NCBI GenBank assembly: GCA_964016885.1
Contig: OZ024741.1
Coordinates: forward strand, 223,076,001-223,140,000
Source: Eledone cirrhosa
Taxonomy: Eukaryota
Direction of reading: 5' to 3'
Length of the DNA stretch: 64,000 nucleotides
Shown here: positions 23,730 through 38,386 of the stretch, piece after piece
Numbering within the stretch: the first letter of the stretch is position 1
Layout: each line of letters begins with the position of its first letter
Made by a program: the position numbers and the translations under genes
Notes under the pieces: generated by a model
Told to the model about the DNA's origin: nothing
Database searches by the model: none
Seen by the model: the letters and a program-made list of their open reading frames with translations, nothing else

Positions 23730-26295
23730 ACTAGCTGGACCCGTCAAAAATGATGGCTAATTGTAATATCTATACATAATATAAAAAATGAGATGTTGGT
23801 TAGCTCCTTCGCGCTCACTCACACAAGTGATAAAAACATACAAACACACAGCTGTGATGAATCTTAGAACGCTGAACTTCTATAGTTTCAAGTATAGCGA
23901 ATATTAGACGGTGCCACGCATCCTTTCTCAGTCGACGTCATCACCCCTTCCTTCCTCAGTCATCTCCAGTGTGTGACGGACACAAGGGTTTTATATTAGT
24001 AGACTAGCAGAAAACCACCCGGGGCGGTTTTCTGCTAGTCTATATATCTAAAACAGAGAATGTCTGTCTGTCTGTCAGCTCACTAAAACTTGAGAACCAT
24101 CCAACCGATTGTTTTCAAACTTTAGACATGTAATACTTATGGTCCTGTGAGTGTTCTGAGCAAAAAATATTTCGAATTTTCAATGCCCTAGGGACCGCAT
24201 TAGGCGATTTAGCGTTCTCTCTATATAATTCTTAGTCTTTCTTTTTAGATAGATACATAGATATAACGTTGCGCCCTTATAATATCTGTCTGTATGTCTG
24301 GCTGTCTGCATTACGTCATTATGACGCGCTCAGCGCGATTCCCTCGGCCTCAGTGACCAAAGTCAGTGGAGAGGGGAAGGTAATGTTTCTGTAGCACCTG
24401 TTTTAGCGTCTATTCATTCTCTCTCTCTCCCTCTCTCCCTCCCGCTATCCCCCTCTCGTAGTCTGTCTCTTTCTTTCACTCTCACTCTCTCTCTCTACGC
24501 ACCTGTTTCCACTGTCGGACAGACAGACAGAGAAATTGCTGGTTATATATATAAATAGACTAACAGAAAACCACCCACCAGGTGTGTGTAATATATATAT
24601 ATACTACACCGGGTGTGTGTAATATATATATATATATACTACACCGGGTGTGTGTAATATATATATATATATATATATATACTACACCGGGGGTGTGTAA
24701 TATATATATATATATACTACACCGGGTGTGTGTAATATATATATATATATATACTACACCGGGTGTGTGTAATATATATTTCTGTGTGTATATATATATA
24801 TATTACACACACAGAAATGTATATATATTTCTGTGTATATATATATATATATATTACACACAGAAATGTATATATATTTCTGTGTGTATATATATATATA
24901 TTACACACACAGAAATGTATATATATTTCTGTGTGTATATATATATATATATATTACACACAGAAATGTATATATATTTCTGTGTGTATATATATATATA
25001 TTACACACACAGAAATGTATATATATTTCTGTGTGTATATATATATATTTCTGTGTGTGTATATATATATATATTACACACACACAGAAATGTATATATG
25101 TTTCTGTAGCACTCCTCAATTCCCCCTCTCTCCCTCCCGCTATCCCCCTCTTGTAGTCTGTCTCTTTCTTTCACTCTCACTCTCTCTCTACGCGTGCGCA
25201 AAAAACATTCGCACGCGCGCACGTGTTTCCACTGTCGGACAGACAGACAGACAGAGAAATTGCTGGTTATATATTATAAGGAGATTACATATACATATGT
25301 AACTATGTATATCATCATCATCATCCCCATTATATATATATATAATATGGGCCGAAGCCGAAAAAAATTTTGTTTGGCAGCTCTAATTGCGCCTTAATTT
25401 TATTCAAAAAATTGTATACTAACATATTCGAATACCAGGCACTATTGGAATCAACAATAGCAGCGTCCTGAGGGTCATTACAAAACACAAATTCGCGAGA
25501 ATTAGTGTTTAAGTCTTGGAAGGTGGTAAAAAAAATCCACAAAATCTTCCATTCTTTTAAAAAAAAAAATTATTTTTAATAATATTTAAATAACTGGCGG
25601 TTAGAAAAAAATATTCCTATGAAATTTTAATCATACCATTAGGTGTGAATAAGGAAATATTTTTTTATTGTCAAAACAAATGTTCAAAAGTTAAACTTCA
25701 ATTTTTTTAATTATTTCCAATTTTTTCATGAAATTGAACACTGGACATTGGCTACTGGAAATGGAAATTAAATCGTATTTAATTGTATTTAAATTTCTAA
25801 CCTTATTTTATTATTTATATTTTTTCAATAAGAAATAAAAAAAAACAACAAAAAAAATTGAAGAAAAAAATTGAACAAATCAAACGTAGGTTATGGAACT
25901 GCGCAATCTGATTAATAAATTACCTCATCAGCAGCAACCTTCTTCAAATGGTCCTTATTATCAGCAGCAACAACCACAAATTCAATGGCAACCTTCTTCA
26001 AACCACATGGTGTCAAGTCAGAACCGCCTCGAACTGGTTACTTCTGGCTTGTGCAAGGTGTCTCTATAGCAACCAGTGATTCCCTCGGCCTCAGTGACCA
26101 AAGTCAGTGGAGAGGGGAAGGTAATGTTTCTATAGCACGTGTTTTAGCGGCTATTCACTCTCTCTCTCCCTCCCGCTATCCCCCTCTCGTAGTCTGTCTC
26201 TTTCTTTCACTCTCACTCTCTCTCTCTCTCTACGCACGTGTTTCCACTGTCGGACAGACAGACAGAGAAATTGCTGGTTATATATATAAGTAGAT
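23730..26295. mobile_element. Cluster of non-autonomous Helitron-like elements with internal minisatellites
   Basis: CTAGT ends with nearby hairpins (23730, 24003-24039), TCTA(T/C).. 5'-type ends next to (TCTG)n tracts, and a block repeated at 24339-24558, 25100-25275 and 26079-26293. Confidence 0.6.
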
Positions 26296-26312
26296 TAACA
26301 CATAGTATTATT

Positions 26313-26519
26313 AATGCACAAGAAACATTGCTGGTTTGATAAACGTTATTGGAAAAAGCACATATTCTCTATTATCAAAACCTGTACGTGCCGCTTGTCA
26401 TGTCTAATCAAGTTTTGATGATTAGACAAGACAAGATGCACGTACAAGTTTTGATAATGGAGAATATGTGCTTTTTCCAATAACGTTTATGAAACTAGCA
26501 GTGTTTCTTGTGTATTTAT
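26313..26519. repeat. Imperfect palindrome of about 205 bp
   Basis: cacaagaaacattgctggtttgataaacgttattggaaaaagcacatattctc versus gagaatatgtgctttttccaataacgtttatgaaactagcagtgtttcttgtg. Confidence 0.88.
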
Positions 26520-26707
26520 AATTGTTTCTACTTTTGGCACAAGGCCAGCAATTACCCCAGTGCATTGCTGGTCTTTTATTTTATCGACCCCCGTAAGGAT
26601 GAAAGGCAAAGTTAACCTCAGCAGGATTTGAACTGAGATCATAAGGGCCATAACTCTATGTTGTGAAGCATCGTGTCTGATGCTCTACCAATATTGCCAA
26701 TCCACCA
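26520..26707 (-). mobile_element. tRNA/Meta-like SINE
   Basis: Reverse complement of the 8606 family. Confidence 0.88.
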
Positions 26708-26759
26708 TGTATTCAAATATATAAATTACCTCTGTGTTTATATATTGAAGGCTAATTCT

Positions 26760-28450
26760 TTCGTAATACAGACTCATACTTAAGTAACTAGACCCTTAAT
26801 GACAAGCACCAACCTCTTTGCTAACACTTTGGCCAAAACTTTGAATTCTGCATTTAGCAGAGTTATGGGCCTAAAGTTATCAATTGCTCCCCCTTGTTTA
26901 GGTGCTTTCTCAGCAGTGCTACCACCCCTCAGCTCATGGAGCAGAGAATTTTACAGTTCTGCTGTCAGCTGGTGTAGATGTTGCCAAATAAGTCTGGCAT
27001 GTAAATGAGCAGACCATCCAAACCCAGCAATTTACCACTCTAGCAGTTACTAATCGCCTCCCGTATATCATGGGTTGTTATCAGTCTTTCACAACACTGT
27101 GCTTCCATTGCCAAGAGTCTCATCTAGTGTCCTGACTAACTCACTGTTATAATAAATTCAAAACATTTTTTGGACACATATTTTGCTCGAGATTGAACAT
27201 GTAATTCCTTTCATTCAATTGTCATATTTATCATATACCCACATTAATTCTCACAACATTCCGGACATATTAAAACACCTCCATGTCTGACAAAACACAG
27301 TCACATGACTCATCCTCACCCCTACTCCCAATTATGGTTACGCTATTTGATACACCTGTTGTCTACAGTAAACAACTTCTGACCCAGACAGTCTCATTGG
27401 TGGTTGCTCCTCTCAGGATGGGCTTAACTTGACAGATAGTTTTACTCATTTCACTCACCTTCTACTCTTTCTTTCTAATGCTAGTCCTTTTGCTAAACCT
27501 TATGGTTTCTATTCTAATGGCCCTTTTTAGGGAAAACCACTATTTGTTATTGATGATGTTGCCCATTAATGCCCACTTAACTATTTCGCTAATCTGGTAT
27601 CTGTATGTTTTGCATTCTGTGAGTGACACATTCAGCTTCTAGAAGCAGAGTCTCTATCAGTGAAATCTATCTGCATCAATAGTACAGATCATTAATTTGT
27701 AATCTGTGTAGTCAACTACTTTGAAATGTGGACAATCTATGTTCTCTAACCACTGCTCTACAAAATACCCTATATAGATATGATCTGAATGACCCAATGT
27801 TGTTTGACCAGGTCCACACTGGCACATTCTGGAAATCCAGTCGATACCTGTCAGACAGTTGGCATTGTCTGATTAGATTTGTGAGGTTTTTTGCACCTTC
27901 CTCCTCTGTTTGTTAACCCCACACACTCACAGCATACATCCAAGATACCGTTCCAGTTGCCCACTAACTCTAAAGTGTGTGACATTCCCAGAAAGGTTTC
28001 CAAATGTCTGAAGAATTTTGGTCATCTTGCCTCTGTTAGGGCATTGGCGACCACCAGCCTGGAAGCATATCCTTCTGTGCTGGTCACATCCATCACCACC
28101 AATTTACCTTCTGGATCCTGGAAGATGGTCCGTATCCAGACTATTCCAATACATGGTGATTCCGCCTCCTGATCCTGGACAACTTGGAGATGAGTACACT
28201 TTGTAGCCTCTGAAAATTCTGGTCTAGCTGATGGCCACTACATATATGTTCAGTAATAACAGGTCATTGAGCAGGTAACCCTACTTTCAAGGCAACACTA
28301 GGCCACAGGCATTCATACTGCCTACTCTGAGTTAGGTCATGTTACTGGGAGAGGAAGAAACATTTACTTTGTTTTGTGTAGAAGGGCGATGTCTTTCCTT
28401 TCAGTTACTTTGGTGTTTCCAGCAGCAAATCCCCAAGTAGTCACTTGATG
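26760..28450 (-). mobile_element. Decayed L1/Tx1-like LINE (endonuclease to RT fragments)
   Basis: The reverse strand near 26800-26875 reads RPITLLNAEFKVLAKVLAKRL. The rest is heavily degenerate. Confidence 0.6.
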
Positions 28451-28715
28451 TTCCCTTGGAAATTACCAATTTCATTTGGAAATTTAGTTTTTAGGTGTGT
28501 ATATGTGTCTTGAACACACCTGCAGGCTGGAAGAGACCATGTGGCAGGGTCACTGACGAAGGGGCATACTGGGGGAGGGAGGTAATGACCTCTAACACTA
28601 AACCAAATTTCCTCACGCTACTTGATTGGAAACCGATGAATTCTCAAATACACAACTAAAAGCTCAGACAACATCAATGGCCATCGTTTTGCCTTTGACC
28701 ATCTATAAGATGTGC

Positions 28716-29483
28716 AATGATAGGTTCTATCGTAGTATAAAAGTTGAACCAAATAAATTGATTTATGTGTGGTGGAGCCGAAGTTTCGAATTTGAACGAA
28801 ATCGGTTGAAAAATGTGGGAGCTAATGATAGGTTCTATCATAGTATAAAAGTTGAACCAAATAAATTGATTTATGTGTGAGGTGGAGCCGAAGTTTCGAA
28901 TTTGAACGAAATTGGTTGAAAAATATGGGAGCTAGAGCCGAAAAGGTGGTATTTTCGAATATTTAAGCAGCTGCCACGCCGTTCCTGAACAAAAATTCCA
29001 AAATGCAAAGTCACTTTAAGACGTGAAATAATCAGATCTAGCGTAGTGTAAAATTTGACCAAAGTAGGTTGATGAATGTAGGAGCTAGAGCCGAAAAAGT
29101 GGAAATTTGAGTTTAAGTGGTATTTTTGAGTATTTAAGCGGCTGCCATGCCGTCCCTGAACAACAAATGCAAAATATAAAGCCATAACAGGATGTGCAAT
29201 GATACATTCTATTTTGCTTTAAAACTTGAACGAGATCGGTGGAAAAATGTGGGAGCTAGAGCCAAAAATCTTATTTTTCAATAAAAAAAAAAGGTGACCC
29301 CCCCATATCGATTTTTATCTGCAGAATGACTCCGGAATAAAAAAAACCATACGCTGATATATAGAAAACACTCCCCGATGACTAATCTATGAGCCTGTAA
29401 AGTTTCATGAAAATCGGTTGTAAGATGTAGGCCCCTATAGGTAATACACAGACACATACTTAATTTTATATATATATACAGAT
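28716..29483 (-). mobile_element. Helitron/HINE-like non-autonomous element with 108-bp internal tandem duplication
   Basis: Repeated atcggttgaaaaatgtgggagct subrepeats and an end acacagacacatacttaattttatatatatatacagat. Confidence 0.55.
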
Positions 29484-29639
29484 GATCATTTGATATTTAA
29501 TATACTATTATATCATCTCTACCACCCCATAGTCCCAGGGGGCCCACTTTGAGAATCTCTGCTATAGCTGAATGCTCTTCTTAATGCCAACAACCTTACC
29601 AAGTAAACTGGGTGCATTTTATTGTGGCACCAGCACTAC

Positions 29640-30172
29640 CTATATATTCTCATGTGAGTAACCACCTACCTCTATAGTCTCATGGGTAGAAATTTATCTT
29701 TAATCTTTCATGTGGGTAGCTTCATGCCTCTATACTAATGTGGGTAACTGTCACCCTATATACTTTCTCATGGGTAGCTGCTTACCTCTACACTCTTATG
29801 CAGGTAGGTATTTACCTCTATACTCTCATGGGGGTAGCTGTCAGCCTTTATATTCTCACATGGGTAACTGCCTGCCTCTATACCAGTCATAGGCAAATTG
29901 TGCCTCATTTGGCTTTCTGAATGGCACACTTAGTTTCAAAACTGTCTTGAATTTTTTTAGTAGTACAGCCCAAAATATGATGAGCTATAGCTCATGCAGC
30001 CCACTGCTTGAAAAAGGGTTAAACATGCTTGCTCTATACTCCCATCTGGGTAGCTATCTACCTCCGTACTCTGATGTGGGTAGCTACATACCTCAGTACT
30101 CTCTTGTGAGTAGCTATCAGATTCTATAGTCTCATCTGGCTAGCTACCTACCTCCATACTCTGATGTGGGTA
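29640..30172. repeat. Degenerate minisatellite of about 32 bp (ctctatactctcatgtgggtagctacctac)
   Basis: The motif recurs at roughly regular spacing. Confidence 0.75.
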
Positions 30173-30329
30173 ATGCCAGCCTTTGTAAAATTTGGTGCAT
30201 ACAGTGGGCAAATGTATGCCTCTGTGCAGTGATGTAGGTTGCCACCATTGACAATTGGCTCAATAATACCGTTTATATAATTTATGATAAATACAAGAAG
30301 ACTGTGTACAATGCCTGTGTCATCGGCAC

Positions 30330-30895
30330 ACTGCTGGCAGTGAGACATGGTCCCCATATGCCAGACAGGAGAGGCGACTCAACACCTTCCATCTGAGAAA
30401 CCTGTGCCATATCCTGGCAAGACAGAGTGCCCAACGTTGAGGTCCTTATTCATGCTAGCCATCCCAGCCTGTTTACCCTACTCTGACAGCACAGACTACA
30501 CGTCCACTGCATGAATGATGGCCAATCCCAAAAGACATATTATATGGGGAGCTGGCCTCTGGAAAGAGAGCCACCGGTTGACCTCGGCTGTGATACAAGG
30601 ACATTGTGATCAACACAGTCCTGGCAGGGCCTCGCAGCTGACTGGCCAAAATGGAAAAATACCCTGAATCAACACCTCAAATCAGGGGAGGAGAGTTTGA
30701 TGACTGCAACAGTGGACAGGAGAGCCAGGCAAAAGGAGCGCAAAAAATCCAACAGACCAGAAACCATATACAGATGAGTTTAATGTGACAGAGACTGTCA
30801 CTCACGTATAGGTCTGTTTAGTCACTGGACATGCTTCTCCAGCCGAGCTGACAGCAGGATACTACCCATGGTCAGCCTTGACTGAAGGAGGCCTT
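30330..30895 (+). mobile_element. RTE (BovB-like) LINE 3' fragment
   Basis: PKDILYGELASGKRATG.PRL.YKD and CDRDCHSRIGLFSH motifs. Confidence 0.75.
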
Positions 30896-32395
30896 AAACT
30901 TAAGCTAAATAAACTCAAAGTATTTTCTCAGACCCTGTGATTTAAAACTGATATTGTAGGATCGTAAGTCATACGCCAGAAGGGACAGGGTGCATTAATA
31001 TCACATTAGAAGAGATCAAATGAGGTTTCCTCTCTTGTGATTTTGAAGGGTCAAGTTGATTTTCTAGGGTCTTGTGTGAAATTCTAATTTCTGGCCAGAG
31101 TTTGGGTATGATTCTCAGGTTATGCAAGTAGATAAAAGAGTTGACCAATAAGGATCACTAAAGGCAAGTGATTTTGCATTTTCCACCACAGATATCGAAA
31201 TTTTGGAGTTAATGCCAATAATAAAATACCTATTGATGGATTTTTCTAGTCATGAAAGATAAACAACTTTATTTATTATAATAGTGTAGTGTAGAAAGGA
31301 GCATTTAGCTTTATATGAATTTACAGCAAGTATATCAAATTGCCTATATGGCTTAGTTTCTATAGCTGGATGCCCTTCCTCATGCCAACCACTATATAGC
31401 ATGTACTGGAAACCTTTTATTGTGACTCCAGCATTAGCACCTTACGGAATGGACTGAGTGCAGTTTATCTAGGCACTAGCACTGCCACTTTACAGAATGG
31501 GCTGGCCACATTTTATCATGCCAACAGAACTAGCTTGCAACACTAGGGTGTTTGGTGTATCTTTAATTAGGTTTGGGAAGCATTGATGGCAGTGGATGGT
31601 GCTTGGTGGGGGGTGAGAAGAGACTTGTACATAATGCTGACAAAAGTACTTTCAAGTAGAACAATTGGATAAAGCCAGTGAAAAAGAATCAAACACAAAA
31701 CAAAGTTTATAGTTTAAAGTATTGTCGTTTCATGTTATAGAATATTTTTATGTCATGTTTATTTATAAAAACAAATAAATTACATCAGAATACAAACACA
31801 CAAAGTCTGTTGTGAAAAATCCTGCTCAAATTTCATTTTAATCTATAGTTGAGCAACATTCCGGACACACCAAAAGCTTTCTCATTACACAGATATCTAA
31901 TACCTTTACTCTGTGGTTGAGTTGACCAATACATCAGACACTCCCAAAACCCTCTCATGACCCAAATATCTAATACCTTTACTGCTTTATTCTATCAGTG
32001 AATTGAACAAATCAGTAAAAGATGACAGAATAAGTTATTACTTAGTAAATATAAACTATCACAATTACATAAGCCATCTCAACAATTAACAAAAAATAAA
32101 TTCACAAAAGTATACTTAGTACACAATTTACTTATAAAAAATACCCTAACACACTCACACAATTACATTCATACAATCTAAAAACAAAGGAGATAAAGTT
32201 GTAAAATAGTTTTTCTGCTTTTTTTTTGCTTTTTTGTTTACATTTTAAAATTTTATTTAAAAATATAAAATTTATAAAATACCAAACTATATTCCCTGGA
32301 GTTTAGTAGATTTAACATCTAGAAAGAGTTATAAATAATTTCATAAAATTCGTTGAGAAAATATCGAAAATATGTTTATATATATAAACCTATTT

Positions 32396-32440
32396 TTCCT
32401 GATGATTTCTTTCGAATGAAACAGTTCTAGTTCTGTAGAA
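32396..32440 (+). ncRNA. Type I hammerhead ribozyme, second copy of the 2976 family
   Basis: UUC-CUGAUGA-uUUC UUUC GAAu-GAAA-CAG(uucuaguu)CUG-UA-GAA. Confidence 0.7.
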
Positions 32441-32769
32441 GCCATTTCTGTCCGTGTGTGTGTGTGCCTGTGTGGTGTGTGCACGCGTGTGTGTGTATCT
32501 CAAATATATACCAATAACCAGCACCTCCCTCATCATTTTACGTCTACTTTCCATGCTGGCTTGAGTTGGATGATACATCATAGTCCAAATCAATTATTCA
32601 GAGTTACTACCCTCCCAGATAGTATATACATCTTGTGTTATTTTAATCTTACAATTAAGTCGACCAGTTAATTATTGAAGAACTCAACACAAAAAAAGTA
32701 GAACAGTTAACTTTCTATGTTTTTAGATGTTTTACAGAAGTATATTTTGTTAGAAGTAAGCACTAAGAG

Positions 32770-35533
32770 CATATGTGAGATAGATACCCTCAGTTGCCAG
32801 GGAGGCTTATTAGAAGATATTAACAGTTTTTGTTACCTAGGTGACCTAACTAGCAGTGGGAGAATATGCACTGAAAGTGTAATAGCCAGTGTAAGAACAG
32901 GTGGGAAAAAGTTTAGAGAGCTAATACAGCTGCTGACAACTACGTCCTTTTCTCTTGGAGTGATGGGTAGACTCTGTGAACTGCAATGCTACATGGCAGT
33001 GAAACATGGGCTTCAACTGCAGAATATCTGCAAAGGCTAGAAAGAGATGTAGCAAGTATGCTCCGATAGATGTGTAATGTCAGTTTGCATGAACAACATA
33101 GCATGAGCAAGCAGAGAGAAAAACTTTGCATAGAAGGAATTGGATGTAGTGTACAAGAGAGAAGAGTGCATTGGTATGGACATGTGATGCATATGAAAGA
33201 CGGCAGCTGTATAAATTGATTACTTGTAAAACAACGAGATAAAGGATTGTTATAATTACTAAGGCCTTCCCTGGAGAAGAATGTGCTGCTCAGCACAAGT
33301 TAGTTATTAGTGACATCAAAATAAATACAAGACAGAACAAGACATGCAGGCAAATATGGAGACGGAGGGTTTGGGAGCTAAAGAACCTTTCAGTTAAATA
33401 TAGGTTTAGAAAGACCCTACAGGATGCACTTAATGAGAAGGGTGATGAGCTAGATACATATAATGTAGAGGACAACTGGAAATTCTTGCGTGATAACCTT
33501 TTGCGAACTACTGATGAGAATTGCGGCTGGAGTAAAGCGGCAACCAGAGGTTGAACAGGTGGTGGAAGAGCACAGTGGATAGAGCCATTAAAGTCAAGAG
33601 ACAGGTGTGAAAAGACAGGAAAATTGGAAGTAGCAGAGACTGGTACCAAGTAGCTAAGAAAGAAGCTAGGCAACAGGTATACACAGATTGAAGAGAGGCT
33701 AAAGAAAGAAAGTTTGTCAATGTCTAGAGACATGAGGATCAGAGATATGAAGTGCTCAAAAGGAAGAGGCCTGGAAATGTTACTATGAGAGACTGATGAA
33801 TGTAGAGAATGAATAGGAGGAAGAGAAACTACCCACAACTTATCCAACAGAAGGACCTGCTATTGAAGTTGACAATTATAGGGTTAAAGAAGCAAACAAA
33901 GAGATGAAAAATGGTAAAGTTGTGGAACCATCAGAAATAGTTGCTGAGATACTAAAAGAATTGGGAGAAGTAGGAGTTGAACTAGTAACCCGCATAGTAA
34001 ATCAGGTAATACAGGATGAAGCCACACTCAATGACTGGTTTAGTAGTACAATCATAAATTGCTACAAGGCTAAAGGTGAGGCTCGAGAAAGGAGCAACTA
34101 CAGAGGAATAAAACTAATGGACCAAGTTGTGAAAGTGACCGAAAGAGGTATAACACAGCTAATTAAGGAAAAAGTCAAAATAGATGAGATGCAGTTCGGT
34201 TTTATGCCTGGGAAAAGTACTACAGACAACCTCTTTCTAGTGAGGCAACTACAAGAAAATTTCCTAGCCAAAAATAAGCCACTGTAATTATCTTTTGTTG
34301 ATCTAGAAAAGGCCTTTGGTAGAGTACCTGAGCTATTATCTGGTGGTCCTTAAGGAAATTATGTGTAGAAGAATAACTGATGAGAGCAATGCAAGGTGTG
34401 TACAGAAAAGCTGTCAGTAAAGTGAGTGTAGGAAGGGAGTTTAGTGAGGAATTCAAGATACAGGTTGGAGTTAACAGTATTTGGTTCTGAGCCCAATGCT
34501 ATTCATTATAGTTCTCCAGGCTATAACAGAGGAGTTTAACACCAGCTGTCTATGGGAATTTATCTATGCAGATGATCTGGTCCTTATAGCTGAATCCATA
34601 AAAAAACTAGAAAATAAGTTCTGACTATGGAAACAATTTGGAATCAAATGGTCTGAGAGTAAACTTAGCCAAAATTAAAATGCTAGTGAGTAGGAAAGAA
34701 GATAGGACTATGTTCCCTTTAGGAAAGTAGCCCTGCTCAATATGTAGAAAAGGAGTAGGCATACACTCCATACAATATACACAATGTAATCTTGGGTAAA
34801 CAAGAGATGTAATCGGATAGCGAGTAGAGTAACAGGAAGGTAAGACATTGTATGTAGAAGATGCACAGGGTTACCTAAGAAAAAAAGCCTCAGTGATGTA
34901 AACCTTTTCCAGTCACAGGAAAGACTCATAGAACTGGTTGATAGCCTCTGCTATTTAGGTGACTTAATTAGCAGCAGAGGAGGGTGCTCTGAGAGCTTAA
35001 TAGCTAAAATAAGGATAGCATGTAAAAAGTTTAGAGAGCTACTCCCACTGTTGACTACAAAAGGTTTCTCCCTACGTACAAAAGAAGGACTGTATAATGC
35101 CTATGTTCAAAGTGCGATGCTGTATAGTAGTGAAACATGGGCTGTGACAGGAGAAAAATGACACAACCATGCTTTGTTGGATGTGCAATGTAAGTGTGAG
35201 AGAAAGGCAGAGCTTGAACGACCTGAAGGAGAAGATGGGTTTATGAGGAATCCAAAGTAGTGTGCAGTAGAGAAGATTGCATTGGTATGAGCATGTGATG
35301 CAGATGGACAATGATTGCTGGGTGAAGAAGTGCCAGGAAATCCCACTGGAAGAAAGCTGCAGTTATGTAGACCAAGAAAGATTCGGGCAGAGGTAGTGAG
35401 AGCAGACCTCAAATTGCTGAGATTCACTGAGGAGATGACGAAGGAACACGGTGAGTGGAGAGAATCCATGCTGAGAAAAAACCGCCCAACCCATACAAGC
35501 ATGGAAAAATAGACGTAAAAACGATGATGATGA
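32770..35533 (+). mobile_element. RTE-clade LINE: degenerate copy 33270-35533 plus a separate 3' fragment 32770-33220
   Basis: NYRGIKLMDQVVKV, QFGFMPGKST, FVDLEKAF, YADDL at 34564, FCYLGD. Tail gcatggaaaaatagacgtaaaaacgatgatgatga. Confidence 0.92.
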
Positions 35534-35930
35534 CCTGCCCCATGTTATATGTCCTACTGGCTGCTATTTATTGAATTAATTATAATTATAATCAAAAGCA
35601 TATTATAAAATGGAAAAGAATGAAACGAAATTTCATTTCTCACTCTTAGTACGGCTGATACCTAAATATAAGTATTATATTATAAAGTATTCGACTAGAA
35701 ACTATGTAAATTAATTAATTAGAAGTTTATAATTAGTGTCTCTGCATAGATATATGTGTATATACCATAACTGTATAATTGAGGTAAACAGTAAGCCACA
35801 GTGAAAGAGAGAGAGAGCAGTAATTCTTTAGCTTTACATATGTTTCAACAACCAAAGAAAAATCCATAAATAAGAATAATTAAAAAAAGTTATGTAGTAA
35901 GATATCCTTATATGGAAGTAAATTCATATA

Positions 35931-36305
35931 CAGTAGAACCTTGCAGTATGAGTGCCCCATTGTATGAGTAATTTGCTGTATGAGCTGAAGCTTTTGTGAA
36001 TTTTTGTATTGTAGTAGGAGTGGAATTCTGCAGTTCGAGCGAGTTTCATACAATTAATAAAACTAGTTTATATATTTCTTTTGCTTTCTCTTTTGTTATG
36101 TTTTTATAAATGTTATTTTCCTTGTAACTCACCTTTTCTGTTTTAAAACCCATAAAAAATTATGTTTTGGTGGTTTTTTGGGGCTGGAACGGATTATTTA
36201 TATTTTAATTAATTTCAATGGGGGCAAATTGATTTGTAAAATGAGTAAATCGTAAAACGAGCTCGGTCATGGAACAAATTAAACTCGTACTGCGAGGTAT
36301 CACTG
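35931..36305. mobile_element. Tigger/pogo-type MITE
   Basis: TIRs cagtagaaccttgcagta / tactgcgaggtatcactg with TA flanks. Confidence 0.75.
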
Positions 36306-36825
36306 TACAAGTAACCATTTAAAAAAAAAAAATAAATAAATAATAAGATAAAAGAAAGGAAAATATCCCTCCATAAATTAATTCCCAATTTGATTGTCTT
36401 CAGAAACATTAAAATGTAAAATTGAGATATGTGTAGATATTACAGTGTCATAAAAACTTTTTTTAACCATCTTCAGTTGTTGAAACATACATAAAACTAA
36501 TAAAATGTTATAAATTCTCCTTAAACCTTTGGTTGAATTATTATGTTATTTCTGCTTTGTGACTTTACACTTGCACAATATTTGGATTTTTTACCCTACC
36601 AATTACACCTCTTCTTATATTAATATATAAAAAAATAACACTCTTGTGTCCACATATATACATATACTTGCTTATCATATTAGATTTCCTCAGTGAAGCA
36701 TATTTACACAGCAAGTTGAGAAGACTCGAATGGCGAAATATCTAAACTATAATAAAGGAGGAACTGCGTACGGTTTATTTTTTTTTATCCCGTTAGTAAA
36801 ATAAGTTGGATTACTTTGAATAAAT

Positions 36826-36985
36826 AATTGTTTCTACATTTGGCACAAGGCCAGCAATTACCCAGAGCATTACTGGTACTTTAAGGATGAAAGGCAAAGT
36901 TAACCTCAACGGGATTTGAACTCAGACCCTAAAGGGACGTAACTATGCTGGAAAGCATGGCGTCCGACCCTCTGCCAATCCACCA
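36826..36985 (-). mobile_element. tRNA/Meta-like SINE (internal deletion)
   Basis: Reverse complement of the 8606 family. Confidence 0.82.
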
Positions 36986-37903
36986 ATGAATGAATATTAC
37001 ATAATTTATCTACTAAATTTTGTAAACAAAAATAATTTCGTAAAAATAAATAATTTAAAATTGATTTCTTTTCAAAGTTGCACTTCCAGTATATCGTTGC
37101 CACCACTTCAACTACCATATATATAGAAAGAGAGAGTGTATGATGTCAACACTTCCGGTGGCGATCACTTAAATAAACATACTAATTTTCTGTCACTATT
37201 TTCTCCTAATTCAGTTTATATATAATATCGTCTTTTTTTAATGTATCATGGATTATGTTACTGATTACATAAGACAGTGTAACGTCTTCGTTCAATTTCT
37301 GTTTATATTGTCAATTACGATTTTATTTGATGTATCATATCTACATGTATATATACTTGCGTATAATAGCAATATACCAATATACACACTACACATGCTA
37401 GCAGAAAACCACCCAAAAGGTGGTTTTTCTGCTAGTAGATATAAAAATGGGAAGAGAAATGATGTGTTAGTTATATATATCAACAAAATATGTGAAGGGA
37501 GCGCTCTGTATGAAATGTATAAATATAAATAAAGTGTTGCAGTCTGAATATATCAAATGGGGAAAAAACTGCAATCAATTTAGACTTTCCTTGTAATTTC
37601 AAGCCTGAAATTCTCCTGAGGGAGTCGTAGGGACACTGTATTGTCACAGAGGAAGAACCAGCCCCAGTACTAGACTGGTACTTTTTTACTAACCTGGAAT
37701 GAATGAAAGGCAAAGTTGACCTCAATGGGATTTGAGAGCGGAGAGCCAGAACTCTGCCAATAATTGATTCTACTTTTGGCACAAGGCCAACAATTATCCC
37801 ATTACTGGTACTTTATTTTATCAACCTCATAAGGATGAAAGGCAAAGTTAACCCCAGCAGGATTTGAACTCAATAATGCCGTGAAATTTCCTTTACAAGT
37901 GTT

Positions 37904-38289
37904 CATCATCATCATTTTACGTCCGCTTTTCCCTGCTTGCAAGGGTGGGACGGGAACTGATTCTGCCTTGATTTCTACAGCTGGATGCCCTTCCCAATGC
38001 CAACCTCATTTACAGTGAGTGTTGGGTGCTTTTTTTCCGTGGCGCTTACACGTCCACTTTACAGTGAGTGCTGGGTGCTTTTTTTGCCATGGCACCTCCA
38101 CAACCACTTTGCAGTGGAATGATAGGGACCCCAGTCCCTATCATCTCATTTCTACAGCTGAGTAAACTGGAGCAATGTGAAATAAAGTGTCTTGCTCAAA
38201 GAAACAACACATCACCCGGTCTGAGAATTGAACTCACAACCTTTCGATTGCAAGGCCAAAGCTCTAACCACTAAGCCATGTGCCTCCAT
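37904..38289 (-). mobile_element. tRNA-headed CORE-like SINE with RTE-type tail
   Basis: Reverse complement of 42011-42340. Confidence 0.88.
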
Positions 38290-38386
38290 TCATAATTAAA
38301 ATTAAAATGTTTTTTAAAGAACAGTAGAATATAATAATTAAAATTACAAGTTACAGAAAGATATGTCAGTTACCACAACCTCATTA

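Noticed and set aside
31755-31800. Possible polyadenylation site of the SV2-like gene
   Set aside because: AATAAA-like signals are frequent in this AT-rich DNA, so it cannot be assigned without transcript data.
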